38,238 bases of DNA from Methanolinea tarda. GTDB taxonomy: Archaea; Halobacteriota; Methanomicrobia; Methanomicrobiales; JACTUA01. The notes beneath the pieces are model-generated. The model was not told where the DNA came from, did not search any database, and saw only the letters and a program-made list of their open reading frames with translations. The DNA lies in the NCBI GenBank assembly GCA_037916685.1, contig JBAIXL010000110.1, forward strand, positions 1 to 38,238. The letters run 5' to 3'. The position numbers and the translations under genes were made by a program. Shown one piece after another: positions 19,271 to 28,214 of this stretch (its first letter is position 1; each line of letters starts with the position of its first letter).

Positions 19271-19462
19271 GCTCCCCCCGGAAATCCCTTCATCGCTTTC
19301 GCTCCTTCACCTGAACACTCACGTATTGTATCTCCCTATCCATAAATCAATCAATTCGAAAAGGACCTGCGGGCTTTCTGGCAGGGATGAAAACGGGCAG
19401 GAGCCCGGGATCCTATTGGGAAGAACAACGGATACGGTTACCAAAATGAGTATTCGTTCGAA

Positions 19463-20176
19463 TCAGATCGAACCGGGAGCAGAGACCACCCGCTGGATTG
19501 CCTCGTTTATGGCCGGGAGGAGCTCTGCAGGGATCCCCATGACCATTTCATCATCCGCGATTCCCGAAAACTTCCGTGACCCGTCACAACCGAGAGAGAT
19601 GTTCGGCTTTCCGGTGAGATAAGTCTGCGCGGTGGCATCCGAACATACCGACTGTATCCCCGCCATCTTCCCAGCGAATCTTCCCCCCAGATGGAAGAGC
19701 GAGCTCTGAGCGAGTTTGAGCATCGCCCGGGGGGGAGCGATGATCAATACCACGTGCGGAGAAAACGGTGTCTTCTCCAGAGGAGCATAGACCGTCGCAT
19801 AGGTCTCCCGTGTATCCAGGTGGGGGATACGGTCGATGGTCCTTTTACAGGCTGCCACGGATGCAAACTTCCCCAGTTTGAAGTAAAATTCCCCGCTCTT
19901 CAGACTGGGCGTGATCTCCCGCAGACCGAGCGCCCAGGCTCCTCCGTTGCACAGATGCTTATCGGAAGTCGCATAAAAGATCTTTCCATCGATACGGGCG
20001 AGATTCACCATCTGGCAGTGACGCACCGTTTCCGGTATTTCCGGAATTCCTTCGGGGATACCCTCCCGGTTTCTGGCCAGCTTGATGGCCACCGGTGAGC
20101 CGGTCAGTCCCAGATACTTCTTCAGGATCTGTGCAATCTCTCCATAAGGAACCTCGATATTCATCTCGTCCATCAT
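19463..20176 (-). CDS. DUF169 (ArCR, COG2043) family protein
   Basis: 237 aa. Blocks SPVAIKL, RHCQMV and LGCDGSRKF are typical of DUF169 as I remember it. Confidence 0.7.
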   Translation of the reverse strand: MMDEMNIEVPYGEIAQILKKYLGLTGSPVAIKLARNREGIPEGIPEIPETVRHCQMVNLARIDGKIFYATSDKHLCNGGAWALGLREITPSLKSGEFYFKLGKFASVAACKRTIDRIPHLDTRETYATVYAPLEKTPFSPHVVLIIAPPRAMLKLAQSSLFHLGGRFAGKMAGIQSVCSDATAQTYLTGKPNISLGCDGSRKFSGIADDEMVMGIPAELLPAINEAIQRVVSAPGSI

Positions 20177-20232
20177 ATGGCTGACTCTCTGTTATCCGGA
20201 TGGGTGTGTCCCTAATTAAAGATGATGCTGAA

Positions 20233-21045
20233 TCAGAGGCGGCGGAGCTTGCTCTCCACTTTCTGGAAGAATTTTTTTCCCACATCCACAAACAGGGCCG
20301 GGTCGGGTGAACGCTGAACCGTCAGGGAAGTCCGCTCCTGGAGATCCCAGGTTTTCTGGCCATCGATAACCAGCTTGGCCGGTTTCGTGGTCTCCAGGCG
20401 GATCTCAAGCGGCCGTTCCCAGCTGATCAGCCAAGGGCGGGAGGAGAGCATATACGGGGCGAGGGGCACCAGGAGAAATCCCTCGATTCGTGGATCCACA
20501 ATCGGACCACCGGCGCTCATGGCGTACGCAGTGGATCCGGTGGGAGTGCTGATCAGGAGCCCGTCCGCACGCACCGTTCCGGCCGCGATTCCGTCCACAA
20601 GTACCGAAAAACGCAGCATTTTTGCGGGGCGGCTGGTGACGATGACCGCCTCGTTCAACGCCTTGGCCAGATGTTCTCCCTGGGCGGAGATGGAGATGCG
20701 CATTCTCTTTTCCACCGGGAATCCTTCACGAATAGACGGGAAGAAGGCAGGGGCTTCTTCCGGTTCCAGATCGGTAAGAAATCCCACTTCTCCCCAGTTG
20801 ATACCGATGATGGGGATCTGCGTTTTTAGCAGCTGGACCGTTCTAAGGACCGTACCATCTCCCCCGATCACCACCATGAGGTCCGCATCGATGTCCAGCT
20901 GCCGTGGACGTTCCCTTATCGGCAGATGGTCCGCCTGGTCGTACGCGGTGACGAACCCCATCGCCTCGAGACTCCCCCGCAACTTCCGCGAATAATCGAT
21001 AGCCCTACGATCATCGATACGTGAGATGTACCCGAGCCTCATCAT
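20233..21045 (-). CDS. nadK: NAD kinase
   Basis: 270 aa with [10 protein letters not shown] (GGDGT motif) and [17 protein letters not shown]. Confidence 0.88.
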   Translation of the reverse strand: MMRLGYISRIDDRRAIDYSRKLRGSLEAMGFVTAYDQADHLPIRERPRQLDIDADLMVVIGGDGTVLRTVQLLKTQIPIIGINWGEVGFLTDLEPEEAPAFFPSIREGFPVEKRMRISISAQGEHLAKALNEAVIVTSRPAKMLRFSVLVDGIAAGTVRADGLLISTPTGSTAYAMSAGGPIVDPRIEGFLLVPLAPYMLSSRPWLISWERPLEIRLETTKPAKLVIDGQKTWDLQERTSLTVQRSPDPALFVDVGKKFFQKVESKLRRL

Positions 21046-21051
21046 CCCTCC

Positions 21052-21831
21052 TTATCGCAGATATTCGATCACCTTGGCGTGCAGGTGCCCGTTGGTCGCG
21101 ATCAGCGACCGGCCGATCGTTACCTCATCGGGAAATACCAGGGGTCGGCCTTCCAGGTCCGAGACAAATCCTCCCGCTTCCTCGCAAATGAGCATTCCCG
21201 CCGCGGCGTCGGTCACCCGCAATGTCCTGCGCATATCAATAAAGGCATCGATCCGGCCGCTGCCCACATAGGCCAGTTCCAGAGCTGAAGCTCCCAGCAA
21301 CCTCCAACGACGTATCTTCTGGCCCAGATGCAGCACCTGGCCGGGATCGAATTTTTTCCCATAGATGCTCATGGTGCTTTCCTGCAGGGAATGGACCGAT
21401 GACACATGAATGGGCCGGCCGTTCAGAAATGCCCCTTCCCGCCGGCAGGCGGTGAAGGTATCCCCGTGGGCGAGATCCCGCACATATCCTTTCATGACCA
21501 GGCCCTCTTCTGCCAGTGCGATGGAGAGGGCGTAGAACGGGATCCCGTGAGCAGCGTTGTAGGTTCCGTCGACCGGATCCAGAAAAAGCGTGCCGTTCTT
21601 TCCTCCGATCTCGAACCTTCCCACTTCCTCGCTGATCAGAGTTTTGTAGGTCTTATTTGAGACGAGGGATTCGAGGATGCAATCCTCTGCTACTCGGTCG
21701 AGCTTGCGGGTGGGAGTCCCATCCGCGCCCATTCCCACGGACTCCCATCCGCCCGGAGTATCGATCAGGTCGCAGATCGCTTCTTCGACCTTATCTCCCA
21801 TCTCCTCGCAGAATTTGAAGAAATCCGCCAT
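21052..21831 (-). CDS. Inositol monophosphatase/FBPase-family phosphatase (candidate NADP phosphatase)
   Basis: 259 aa with LISEE, LFLDPVDGTYNA and WRLLGASALELAYVGSGRIDAF. It lies 6 nt upstream of nadK. Confidence 0.82.
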   Translation of the reverse strand: MADFFKFCEEMGDKVEEAICDLIDTPGGWESVGMGADGTPTRKLDRVAEDCILESLVSNKTYKTLISEEVGRFEIGGKNGTLFLDPVDGTYNAAHGIPFYALSIALAEEGLVMKGYVRDLAHGDTFTACRREGAFLNGRPIHVSSVHSLQESTMSIYGKKFDPGQVLHLGQKIRRWRLLGASALELAYVGSGRIDAFIDMRRTLRVTDAAAGMLICEEAGGFVSDLEGRPLVFPDEVTIGRSLIATNGHLHAKVIEYLR

Positions 21832-21896
21832 GATACGCTATCGTTGTATTTATGTAATGCCTCAAGATAAATTACTATCACGATTGAGGAACTTCA

Positions 21897-22280
21897 ATGA
21901 AAGAACAGACAGAGGTTGGCAAGCTGAAAGAGGGCCGTTACGTCATAATCGAGGATGAACCCAGCAAGATTCTCGGTATTGCAACCTCCAAACCAGGGAA
22001 ACACGGTGCAGCCAAAGCCCGCATCGATGCCGTAGGGATATTCGATGGGGTGAAGAGATCTATTGTTCAGCCGGTCTCGGCGAAGATCTATGTTCCCATA
22101 GTGGAGCGTAAAAGCGGACAAGTGATATCTATCAGCGGCAACGTGGTCCAGCTGATGGACGTGAAAGACTACACGATGTTCGAGATATCCGTCCCGGAGG
22201 ATATGCTGGCAAAGATCGAACCCGGAAAGGAGATCCAGTATATCGAATCCATGGGCAAACGGAAACTGGATACAGGATAA
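21897..22280 (+). CDS. eif5a: Translation initiation factor 5A (aIF5A)
   Basis: 127 aa. The hypusine loop is TSKPGKHGAAKARIDAVGIFDG. Confidence 0.92.
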   Translation: MKEQTEVGKLKEGRYVIIEDEPSKILGIATSKPGKHGAAKARIDAVGIFDGVKRSIVQPVSAKIYVPIVERKSGQVISISGNVVQLMDVKDYTMFEISVPEDMLAKIEPGKEIQYIESMGKRKLDTG

Positions 22281-22334
22281 AAATATCGACCGGGTTTCTT
22301 CCGAAAGCACAATACGGGCCTTCTATTCCCCGCG

Positions 22335-22360
22335 ATTTTTTCTTTTCATCTTCTTTTTCG
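22335..22360 (+). terminator. Oligo-T terminator cluster after aIF5A
   Basis: GATTTTTTCTTTTCATCTTCTTTTTCG, with T6, T4 and T5 runs, about 55 nt after the stop. Confidence 0.55.
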
Positions 22361-22630
22361 AACATTCAGCCGCTCCCCAGGGCCTTCAAGACCCTAGAAC
22401 CATCTGGTTCCAGATATGCCCCAGTTTGTTCATGCATCGAACCAGTACTGTGGTATGAATATATGGGAGCGGGTGCACCAGCATCACGTACCGATATGCT
22501 CTCCATTACCCGTGTGCCGTCTCCGGCCTTCCCCGTCACCCGGATCGTTCCGCTGCCCTCTCCCTCCCTGCCCGTATCGCAGGGAATCGATATCATTGTA
22601 GACGAATTGGAGGACCTGGAGGTGAATACC

Positions 22631-22918
22631 ATGCAACTGCATGAGACGGCACAGAAGCTGGACTTCCTAACGATTCGGGCGTCCGAGGCTCTGCATCGTG
22701 GGGATATGACAGGAGTGCAGGTTTCGCTGGGAGATGCGGTCAACACGATGCGGGAGGCCATCGTGATCCTCAAGCTCCTGTGTATCATCGAACGTAACCG
22801 GCTTCCCGGTGATATCCTGGATCACCTGGTCATGACCCGGGAATTTGTCCAGAAGGCAATGACCGAAACCAGCACTCTCCTTTATTCCAGAAAATCCGCC
22901 TATTCTTCTGCGGCATAA
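22631..22918 (+). CDS. Hypothetical 95-aa helical protein (track ORF extends 5' to 22463)
   Basis: The ATG at 22631 is preceded by a near-perfect Shine-Dalgarno sequence, GGAGGTGA, at 5-nt spacing. The upstream in-frame part is Pro/Ser-rich and low-complexity. The 3' end overlaps the ABCE1 stop region by 19 nt (convergent genes). Confidence 0.5.
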   Translation: MQLHETAQKLDFLTIRASEALHRGDMTGVQVSLGDAVNTMREAIVILKLLCIIERNRLPGDILDHLVMTREFVQKAMTETSTLLYSRKSAYSSAA

Positions 22919-24666
22919 TAATATTCGCCGCTCGATTTCTGTTCCCGGTCCAGGAACGAACCGGGTTTGTTGATGCGGGGTCTTCCGCTTTTGTCCCGGC
23001 GGAAGGTGACCCCAAGTTCCTGTAAAAACCGGTTCATGCCCTCATGCATGGCAAAGGGCCCGTGTGCCTCACCATGGATGCCCGGCTCACCTTCAAATAC
23101 GATCATACGTTCGCTGATCATATCGATTGCATAGATGTCGTGATCGATGACCAGCACACCCGCCCCCTTCGCCTCCGCATGACTCTTGATCACCCGGGGC
23201 AGTTTTACCCGCTGCTCTACATCCAGATGTGCGCTGGGCTCATCGAGGATATAGAGATCGGCATCCCGGGACAGGCAGGTGGCAATCCCTACCCGCTGGA
23301 GCTCCCCTCCAGAAAGGGAGGAGAGACTGGAAGCAAGGATGGTCCGTAACCCTAATGGATCGAGAATCTCGGTCTGGTACTGCCCGGAGTCAAACCGCGT
23401 GGTGATACTTCGAAGGGTCATCTCCACGGTCTCTTCTCCGGCTCCCTTCAGGTACTGGGGTTTGTACGAGATCCTGATTTCCTGCTCAATCGTTCCCATA
23501 TCCGGACGTTCCTCTCCGGCAAGAAGGCGGGCAAAGGTGGTTTTCCCGATGCCATTGGGCCCCACCACCCCCAAAACCTCCCCGGCGCGTATCTCTCCCC
23601 CGCTTACGTCCAGGGTAAATCCGGGATAGTGTTTGGTCATGGGAGGGATGGAGAGCAGTTTATTCCGCACTTCCTCTCCTTCATGGAGTCTTCGCTCAAA
23701 CGTCACCGGATACGTCCGGAACCGGACGTTCTCTTCCGGGAGATATCCACTGAGATATTCATTGATCCCCACCCGGGTCCCCTTGGGCTGGGTAATCACC
23801 CCGAACACCGCCGGCTGGCCGTAGGCGATGTGCACGGTATCGGCAAGCATATCCAGGATCGCGAGATCATGCTCGACGATGACCACCGGCCGGTGCTGAG
23901 CCAGATCACGGATGAGATAGGCCGCCTTCATTCGCTGATAGATGTCGAGGAAGGGAGTGATCTCGTCCAGGAAATAGAAGTCCGCTTCGCGGGCAAGGCA
24001 GGCCGCGAGAGCGAGACGCTGCAGTTCACCGCCACTCAGGGTATCGACCGGGCGTTCCAGAAGCGGACCGAGGGACAGTCCCTGGACATATTCCTCCAGC
24101 TTTCCCCGTTCATCCGTTTTCTGGAGCAGGCTCCGGACCGATCCGGAAAACATGCGGGGGATATAATCGATGTACTGAGGCTTCACCGCCACTTTGATTT
24201 TTTTCTCAGCGACCCGCTGCAGATATTCGAAAAGTTCTGTCCCCACGTAGCGCTTGATGATATCCCGCCAGCTGGCAGTGTGGTTGAAGTCACCGAGGTT
24301 GGGCATCAGGGTTCCGGAAAGGATCTGGATACCGGTACTCTTACCAATCCCGTTGGCTCCCAGAATCCCTGTCACCTTCCCTTCCACTGGTATGGGCAGT
24401 CCGTACAGCACGAATCCGTTCGCACCATAGCGGTGCGTGGGGTACTGGAGCTGCTCCGGGAGGCTGACCACGTCGATGGCCTCGAAAGGGCATTTCTTCA
24501 CACAGATGCCGCAACCTACACAGAGTTCTTCTGAGATGGCCGCGATGCCTTTCTCATCGATGAGAACGGTTTCATCGCCGGAGCGCACGCGAGGGCAGTA
24601 CTGGATACACTCCAGACCACACTTTTTGGAATGGCACCGTTTCCGGTGAACGACGGCAATACGCAT
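22900..24666 (-). CDS. abce1: ABCE1/RNase L inhibitor-type ribosome recycling ATPase
   Basis: 588 aa. The N-terminal FeS domain has CIQYCP and CVGCGICVKKCP. Two Walker A motifs are GANGIGKST and GPNGIGKTT, and two LSGGELQR signatures are present. Confidence 0.93.
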   Translation of the reverse strand: MRIAVVHRKRCHSKKCGLECIQYCPRVRSGDETVLIDEKGIAAISEELCVGCGICVKKCPFEAIDVVSLPEQLQYPTHRYGANGFVLYGLPIPVEGKVTGILGANGIGKSTGIQILSGTLMPNLGDFNHTASWRDIIKRYVGTELFEYLQRVAEKKIKVAVKPQYIDYIPRMFSGSVRSLLQKTDERGKLEEYVQGLSLGPLLERPVDTLSGGELQRLALAACLAREADFYFLDEITPFLDIYQRMKAAYLIRDLAQHRPVVIVEHDLAILDMLADTVHIAYGQPAVFGVITQPKGTRVGINEYLSGYLPEENVRFRTYPVTFERRLHEGEEVRNKLLSIPPMTKHYPGFTLDVSGGEIRAGEVLGVVGPNGIGKTTFARLLAGEERPDMGTIEQEIRISYKPQYLKGAGEETVEMTLRSITTRFDSGQYQTEILDPLGLRTILASSLSSLSGGELQRVGIATCLSRDADLYILDEPSAHLDVEQRVKLPRVIKSHAEAKGAGVLVIDHDIYAIDMISERMIVFEGEPGIHGEAHGPFAMHEGMNRFLQELGVTFRRDKSGRPRINKPGSFLDREQKSSGEYYYAAEE

Positions 24667-24678
24667 GGTACACCCGGG

Positions 24679-25071
24679 TCAGGCAAAAAGGGAAGGTGCC
24701 GTGGTGAGGAGGATGGTCCAGGTGATGAACCAGAAGGACAGGGTCATGAATCCCTGATAAACCCAGTCTTTTGCGTTCAAAGGCTCCATGCCCCTGCGAA
24801 GCGGGATAAAGATGTAACGCTGCAGGACGATGGCGATGAGCATGACCAAGAATCCGGTGGTGGGATCGTCCGGCATAAAAAACGCGATAACCCCGGCGGC
24901 GACTCCCAGAAAGGAAGCGGTGAGAGTCCTGCGGATACGGTCCATGTGCTCCCGCTGCTTGTCCTCCCGGGTCTTTTTCTTCCGGGGGACCTCCGGGGCT
25001 TCCTTCACGGGTTCCTTTATCGGTTCCCGGGCCGGTTTCTTCTTATCATCGCTCATCCGGGCATCAGTCAC
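24679..25071 (-). CDS. Small membrane protein with a highly charged Lys/Pro/Glu-rich N-terminal tail
   Basis: 130 aa: DDKKKPAREPIKEPVKEAPEVPRKKKTREDKQRE followed by three hydrophobic helices. It ends 12 nt upstream of the ABCE1 ATG, so it is probably co-transcribed. Confidence 0.6.
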   Translation of the reverse strand: MTDARMSDDKKKPAREPIKEPVKEAPEVPRKKKTREDKQREHMDRIRRTLTASFLGVAAGVIAFFMPDDPTTGFLVMLIAIVLQRYIFIPLRRGMEPLNAKDWVYQGFMTLSFWFITWTILLTTAPSLFA

Positions 25072-25207
25072 CTATTTTTGGTGCGCTTTCCATATTTAAT
25101 TAGTCATGAAATCAATTTACGATGCAGGAAAATCACGGAATATGCCCTCCAGACGCGTCCGCCGGTTGAATATCGATCGCCCGCGAGCTCGATCTTTCTA
25201 GAATAGC

Positions 25208-27094
25208 ATGGCGAACCTGGCCGGAATGGGAGGTATCGATGTCATGGCGATGGTGCGGGAGCTGAACTCGTATCTGCCGCTCTGGACCGGCAAAATGTAC
25301 CAGTTCAACGAAAAAACCATCGGCATCCGGCTGGGAGGAGAACATCAGAAATTCCTCTTTCTTATCGAATCGGGAAGACGGGCGCATCTGGTCGCGGCGT
25401 TCCCTCCGGCCCCGAAAAACCCCACCGGCTTCGCCATGTTCCTGCGCAAACATCTGGAAGGTGGAAAAATTCTTTCTATCGGCCAGTTGGGGATTGAACG
25501 GATCTTCTACCTCGATATCGGAAAACGGGAACAGATATTCCGCCTGATCATTGAGCTCTTCGATGAGGGAAATGTGATCCTCTGCCGGGAGGATGGCACG
25601 ATCCTCATGCCCATGCGTCCCCATCGGTTCCGGGACCGGGAGGTGATTCGGGATGTCCCCTATACCCGGACCGGGGGGGACTGCTCGGAGTTCACACCGG
25701 AAGGATTGTCTTCGATTCTCTCGGCAAACAACCGGGAGGTGGTGAAAGTCCTTGCGGTAGAGTGCAGGTTGGGGGGTGCATATGCAGAAGAGGTGTGCCG
25801 GATCGCTGAAACGGATAAGAACCAGCCCGCCCACGAAACCGACGCGAATCGAATTTTTTCCGCGGTTCAACAACTGCTCTCCCGGGTGATCACCCAACCG
25901 TTTCCGGTGATCACCTCCAGCGGATGCTGGCCGATCCTTCTGGATGACGAGACGCCCCTGCAGATGTTCGATTCCTACCACCGTGCACTGGACACCTACT
26001 ATCCAAGAGAAGAACCCGTGAGCGTGAAGCAGAAGGCCGGAGTAACAAGAGAAGAGTCCATTCGGGCCCGCCAGCTGCGGGCGATGGCCGGTTTCGAAGA
26101 GAAGATAGAGCGGACCCAGAAGCGAATCGATGCGATCTATTCCCATTATCCGCTGGTGGAGACGATACTTCAGACCTTACGCGAAGCACGCACACAACAT
26201 TCCTGGCAGGAGATCGAGCGTCGTCTGAAAGAAAGCGGGAATGGGATCGCCCGACGTATCGTTCAGGTATTCCCGGAAGAAGGTGCGGTCGAGATCGATC
26301 TGGAAGGAGATCGGGTCAAGCTGATGGTGGATGAATCGATCGAAACAAATGTCGCACGATATTACGAACAGATGAAAAAAATCAAAAAGAAGAGAGAGGG
26401 CGCCATTGCAGCACTGGAAAAGCCGGTTCAGGCCAGAAAGAAGAAAGAGAAACAGGCGCCTGCAGCAAAACCGCGATGGTATCATCGCTTTCGCTGGTTT
26501 TTTACCCGGGACGGGATCCTGGTAGTGGGTGGAAAAGATGCCAGCCAGAACGAGGAACTGGTCAAAAAATATCTGGAAGGAGGAGACACCTTTGTGCACG
26601 CCGAGACACACGGGGCCAGTGTCGTGATCGTGAAAGGATCCACCCAGTATCCTGAGGAACCCGCCCAGGCCGCGGTCTCCTATTCGGGGGCATGGAAGAG
26701 CGGACGTTTCACAGGAGATGCCTACTCTGCCTCACCGGAGCAGGTGAGCAAAACCCCCCCAACAGGAGAATATATCGGTCGTGGATCGTTCATGGTGCGA
26801 GGAGAGCGGACGCACTACCACAATATTCCTCTCCAGATTGCCATTGGCCTGCAGATAGAGCCGGAGCTGCAGGTGATCGGAGGCCCACCGGATGCGGTAA
26901 CGGCACACGCCCGGATCTGGGTCACCCTCCATCCCGGTCCGTACGAACCCAATGACATCGCCAAGAAAGTGGTCCGAACACTGAAAGAGAAAGCCCAGTA
27001 CCTGGGAATCGAGGGAATCGCCCGGATTATCACCACGGAAAAAGTGGCATCCTTTATCCCAGCGGGTGGATCCGACATCGAGGGTGAGTCATGA
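25208..27094 (+). CDS. NFACT-family protein (Rqc2/RqcH/FbpA homolog)
   Basis: 628 aa. There is an NFACT-N-like N-terminus and a central Lys/Glu-rich coiled coil. The NFACT-R/DUF814 block is FRWFFTRDGILVVGGKDASQNEELVKKY...FVHAETHGASVVIVKG. Confidence 0.85.
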   Translation: MANLAGMGGIDVMAMVRELNSYLPLWTGKMYQFNEKTIGIRLGGEHQKFLFLIESGRRAHLVAAFPPAPKNPTGFAMFLRKHLEGGKILSIGQLGIERIFYLDIGKREQIFRLIIELFDEGNVILCREDGTILMPMRPHRFRDREVIRDVPYTRTGGDCSEFTPEGLSSILSANNREVVKVLAVECRLGGAYAEEVCRIAETDKNQPAHETDANRIFSAVQQLLSRVITQPFPVITSSGCWPILLDDETPLQMFDSYHRALDTYYPREEPVSVKQKAGVTREESIRARQLRAMAGFEEKIERTQKRIDAIYSHYPLVETILQTLREARTQHSWQEIERRLKESGNGIARRIVQVFPEEGAVEIDLEGDRVKLMVDESIETNVARYYEQMKKIKKKREGAIAALEKPVQARKKKEKQAPAAKPRWYHRFRWFFTRDGILVVGGKDASQNEELVKKYLEGGDTFVHAETHGASVVIVKGSTQYPEEPAQAAVSYSGAWKSGRFTGDAYSASPEQVSKTPPTGEYIGRGSFMVRGERTHYHNIPLQIAIGLQIEPELQVIGGPPDAVTAHARIWVTLHPGPYEPNDIAKKVVRTLKEKAQYLGIEGIARIITTEKVASFIPAGGSDIEGES

Positions 27095-28122
27095 AAGTAG
27101 AATGGGGTGAGATGCGGCGGGGATACGGAGAGGTACGACTGTTCCCGGAGGTTCCCGACGACCTGTGGCACCTGGAACATCTCATCTCTCCGGGAGATCA
27201 GGTGTTCGCCACCACCCTTCGTACCGCAGATACCCCACAGGATAAACTGAGACCGGAGAAGGCAGAAAAGCGGCTGGTGCGCATCGGGATCCGGGTGGAA
27301 AAGGTGTCATTTCATCCCTACACTAACCGGCTCCGTATCGGAGGCGTCATCGAACATGGCCCGGATCTGGGGGCCCATCATACCTTCAATATCGATGCCG
27401 GGACGGAGATCTCCGTGATCAAAACGTGGTCCTCCCTGGATCAGGAGCGGCTGAAACGGGCTGAACATTCCACCACGTTTGGGGCTATCCATATCGTGAC
27501 TCTGGAAGAGGGGGAGGCCCAGATCTTTCGTGTCCGCCAGTTTGGACCGGAATGGGTGGAGACCATTACGGTGGGAAGCGGCAAGGGGGCGGGTACCGAA
27601 GGAAAGAAGACGCTTTTTGAGACGATACTCTCCCGGGTTGCCCTCGTCTCAGGCCATATCGTTATTGCAGGCCCCGGGTTTGTGAAGGACGATTTTACCC
27701 GGTACCTGAAAGAAAAGGCGCCGGAAATCCAGGACCGGGTGACTATCGTCGAGACCCGCGGGACGGGCCGGGGTGGGGTCCAGGAGGTGATCGGACAGGG
27801 AGTCCTGGAACAGCTGGTAGGAGATCTCCAGCTCCGTCGTGAGGTCCGGGTAATGGAGGAGTTCCTTGTCCGCATCTCCAAGGGTGAGCCCGTGGCCTAC
27901 GGCTTGCGGGAAGTCGAAGAGGCGATATCCTGCGGCGCGGCGGAGCAGATCCTGGTGGCCGACAGTATGCTGCATGATTCTCGTATCACTGTCCTCCTGG
28001 AACAAGGGGAACGGATCCGGGCCCAGATACGGGTCCTCAGTACCGCGTTCGAACCCGGAATGCAGCTGGAAGCGCTGGGCGGAATTGCGGCTCTGCTGCG
28101 GTACCATATGAAGGGGACCTAG
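27091..28122 (+). CDS. pelA: Pelota (Dom34 homolog), mRNA surveillance/ribosome rescue factor
   Basis: 343 aa, starting MKVEWGEMRRGYGEVRLFPEVPDDLWHLEHLISPGD, with an eRF1-like C-terminal domain. There is an ATGA overlap with the NFACT stop, and GAGGGTGAG lies upstream. Confidence 0.9.
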   Translation: MKVEWGEMRRGYGEVRLFPEVPDDLWHLEHLISPGDQVFATTLRTADTPQDKLRPEKAEKRLVRIGIRVEKVSFHPYTNRLRIGGVIEHGPDLGAHHTFNIDAGTEISVIKTWSSLDQERLKRAEHSTTFGAIHIVTLEEGEAQIFRVRQFGPEWVETITVGSGKGAGTEGKKTLFETILSRVALVSGHIVIAGPGFVKDDFTRYLKEKAPEIQDRVTIVETRGTGRGGVQEVIGQGVLEQLVGDLQLRREVRVMEEFLVRISKGEPVAYGLREVEEAISCGAAEQILVADSMLHDSRITVLLEQGERIRAQIRVLSTAFEPGMQLEALGGIAALLRYHMKGT

Positions 28123-28193
28123 AACCCATACCCTTCCAGAGAGCAATCGCAATTGTTTGGTACGTTGAATCGTTCCGAACCATTCCAGGACGG

Positions 28194-28204
28194 AAAATAA
28201 AAAA
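28194..28204 (-). terminator. Oligo-T terminator after the FKBP gene
   Basis: The minus strand reads CCTTTTTTATTTTCC starting 10 nt after the stop at 28215. Confidence 0.5.
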
Positions 28205-28214
28205 GGATACGGTC

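Noticed and set aside
19456-19464. GTTCGAATC, a tRNA T-loop-like nonamer
   Set aside because: It sits at the stop codon of the DUF169 gene, and I could not build a flanking acceptor, D or anticodon stem. Coincidental.
22366-22788. 140-aa minus-strand ORF opposite the 22631..22918 gene
   Set aside because: It is Ser/Cys/Arg-rich and low-complexity with no start context. The plus-strand ORF has a near-perfect SD.
23629-24534. 301-aa ORF antisense to ABCE1
   Set aside because: Shadow ORF. ABCE1 on the opposite strand is unambiguous.
25133-26146. 337-aa ORF antisense to the NFACT gene
   Set aside because: Shadow ORF with Arg/Pro/Gly-rich composition. The plus-strand NFACT frame has recognisable domains.
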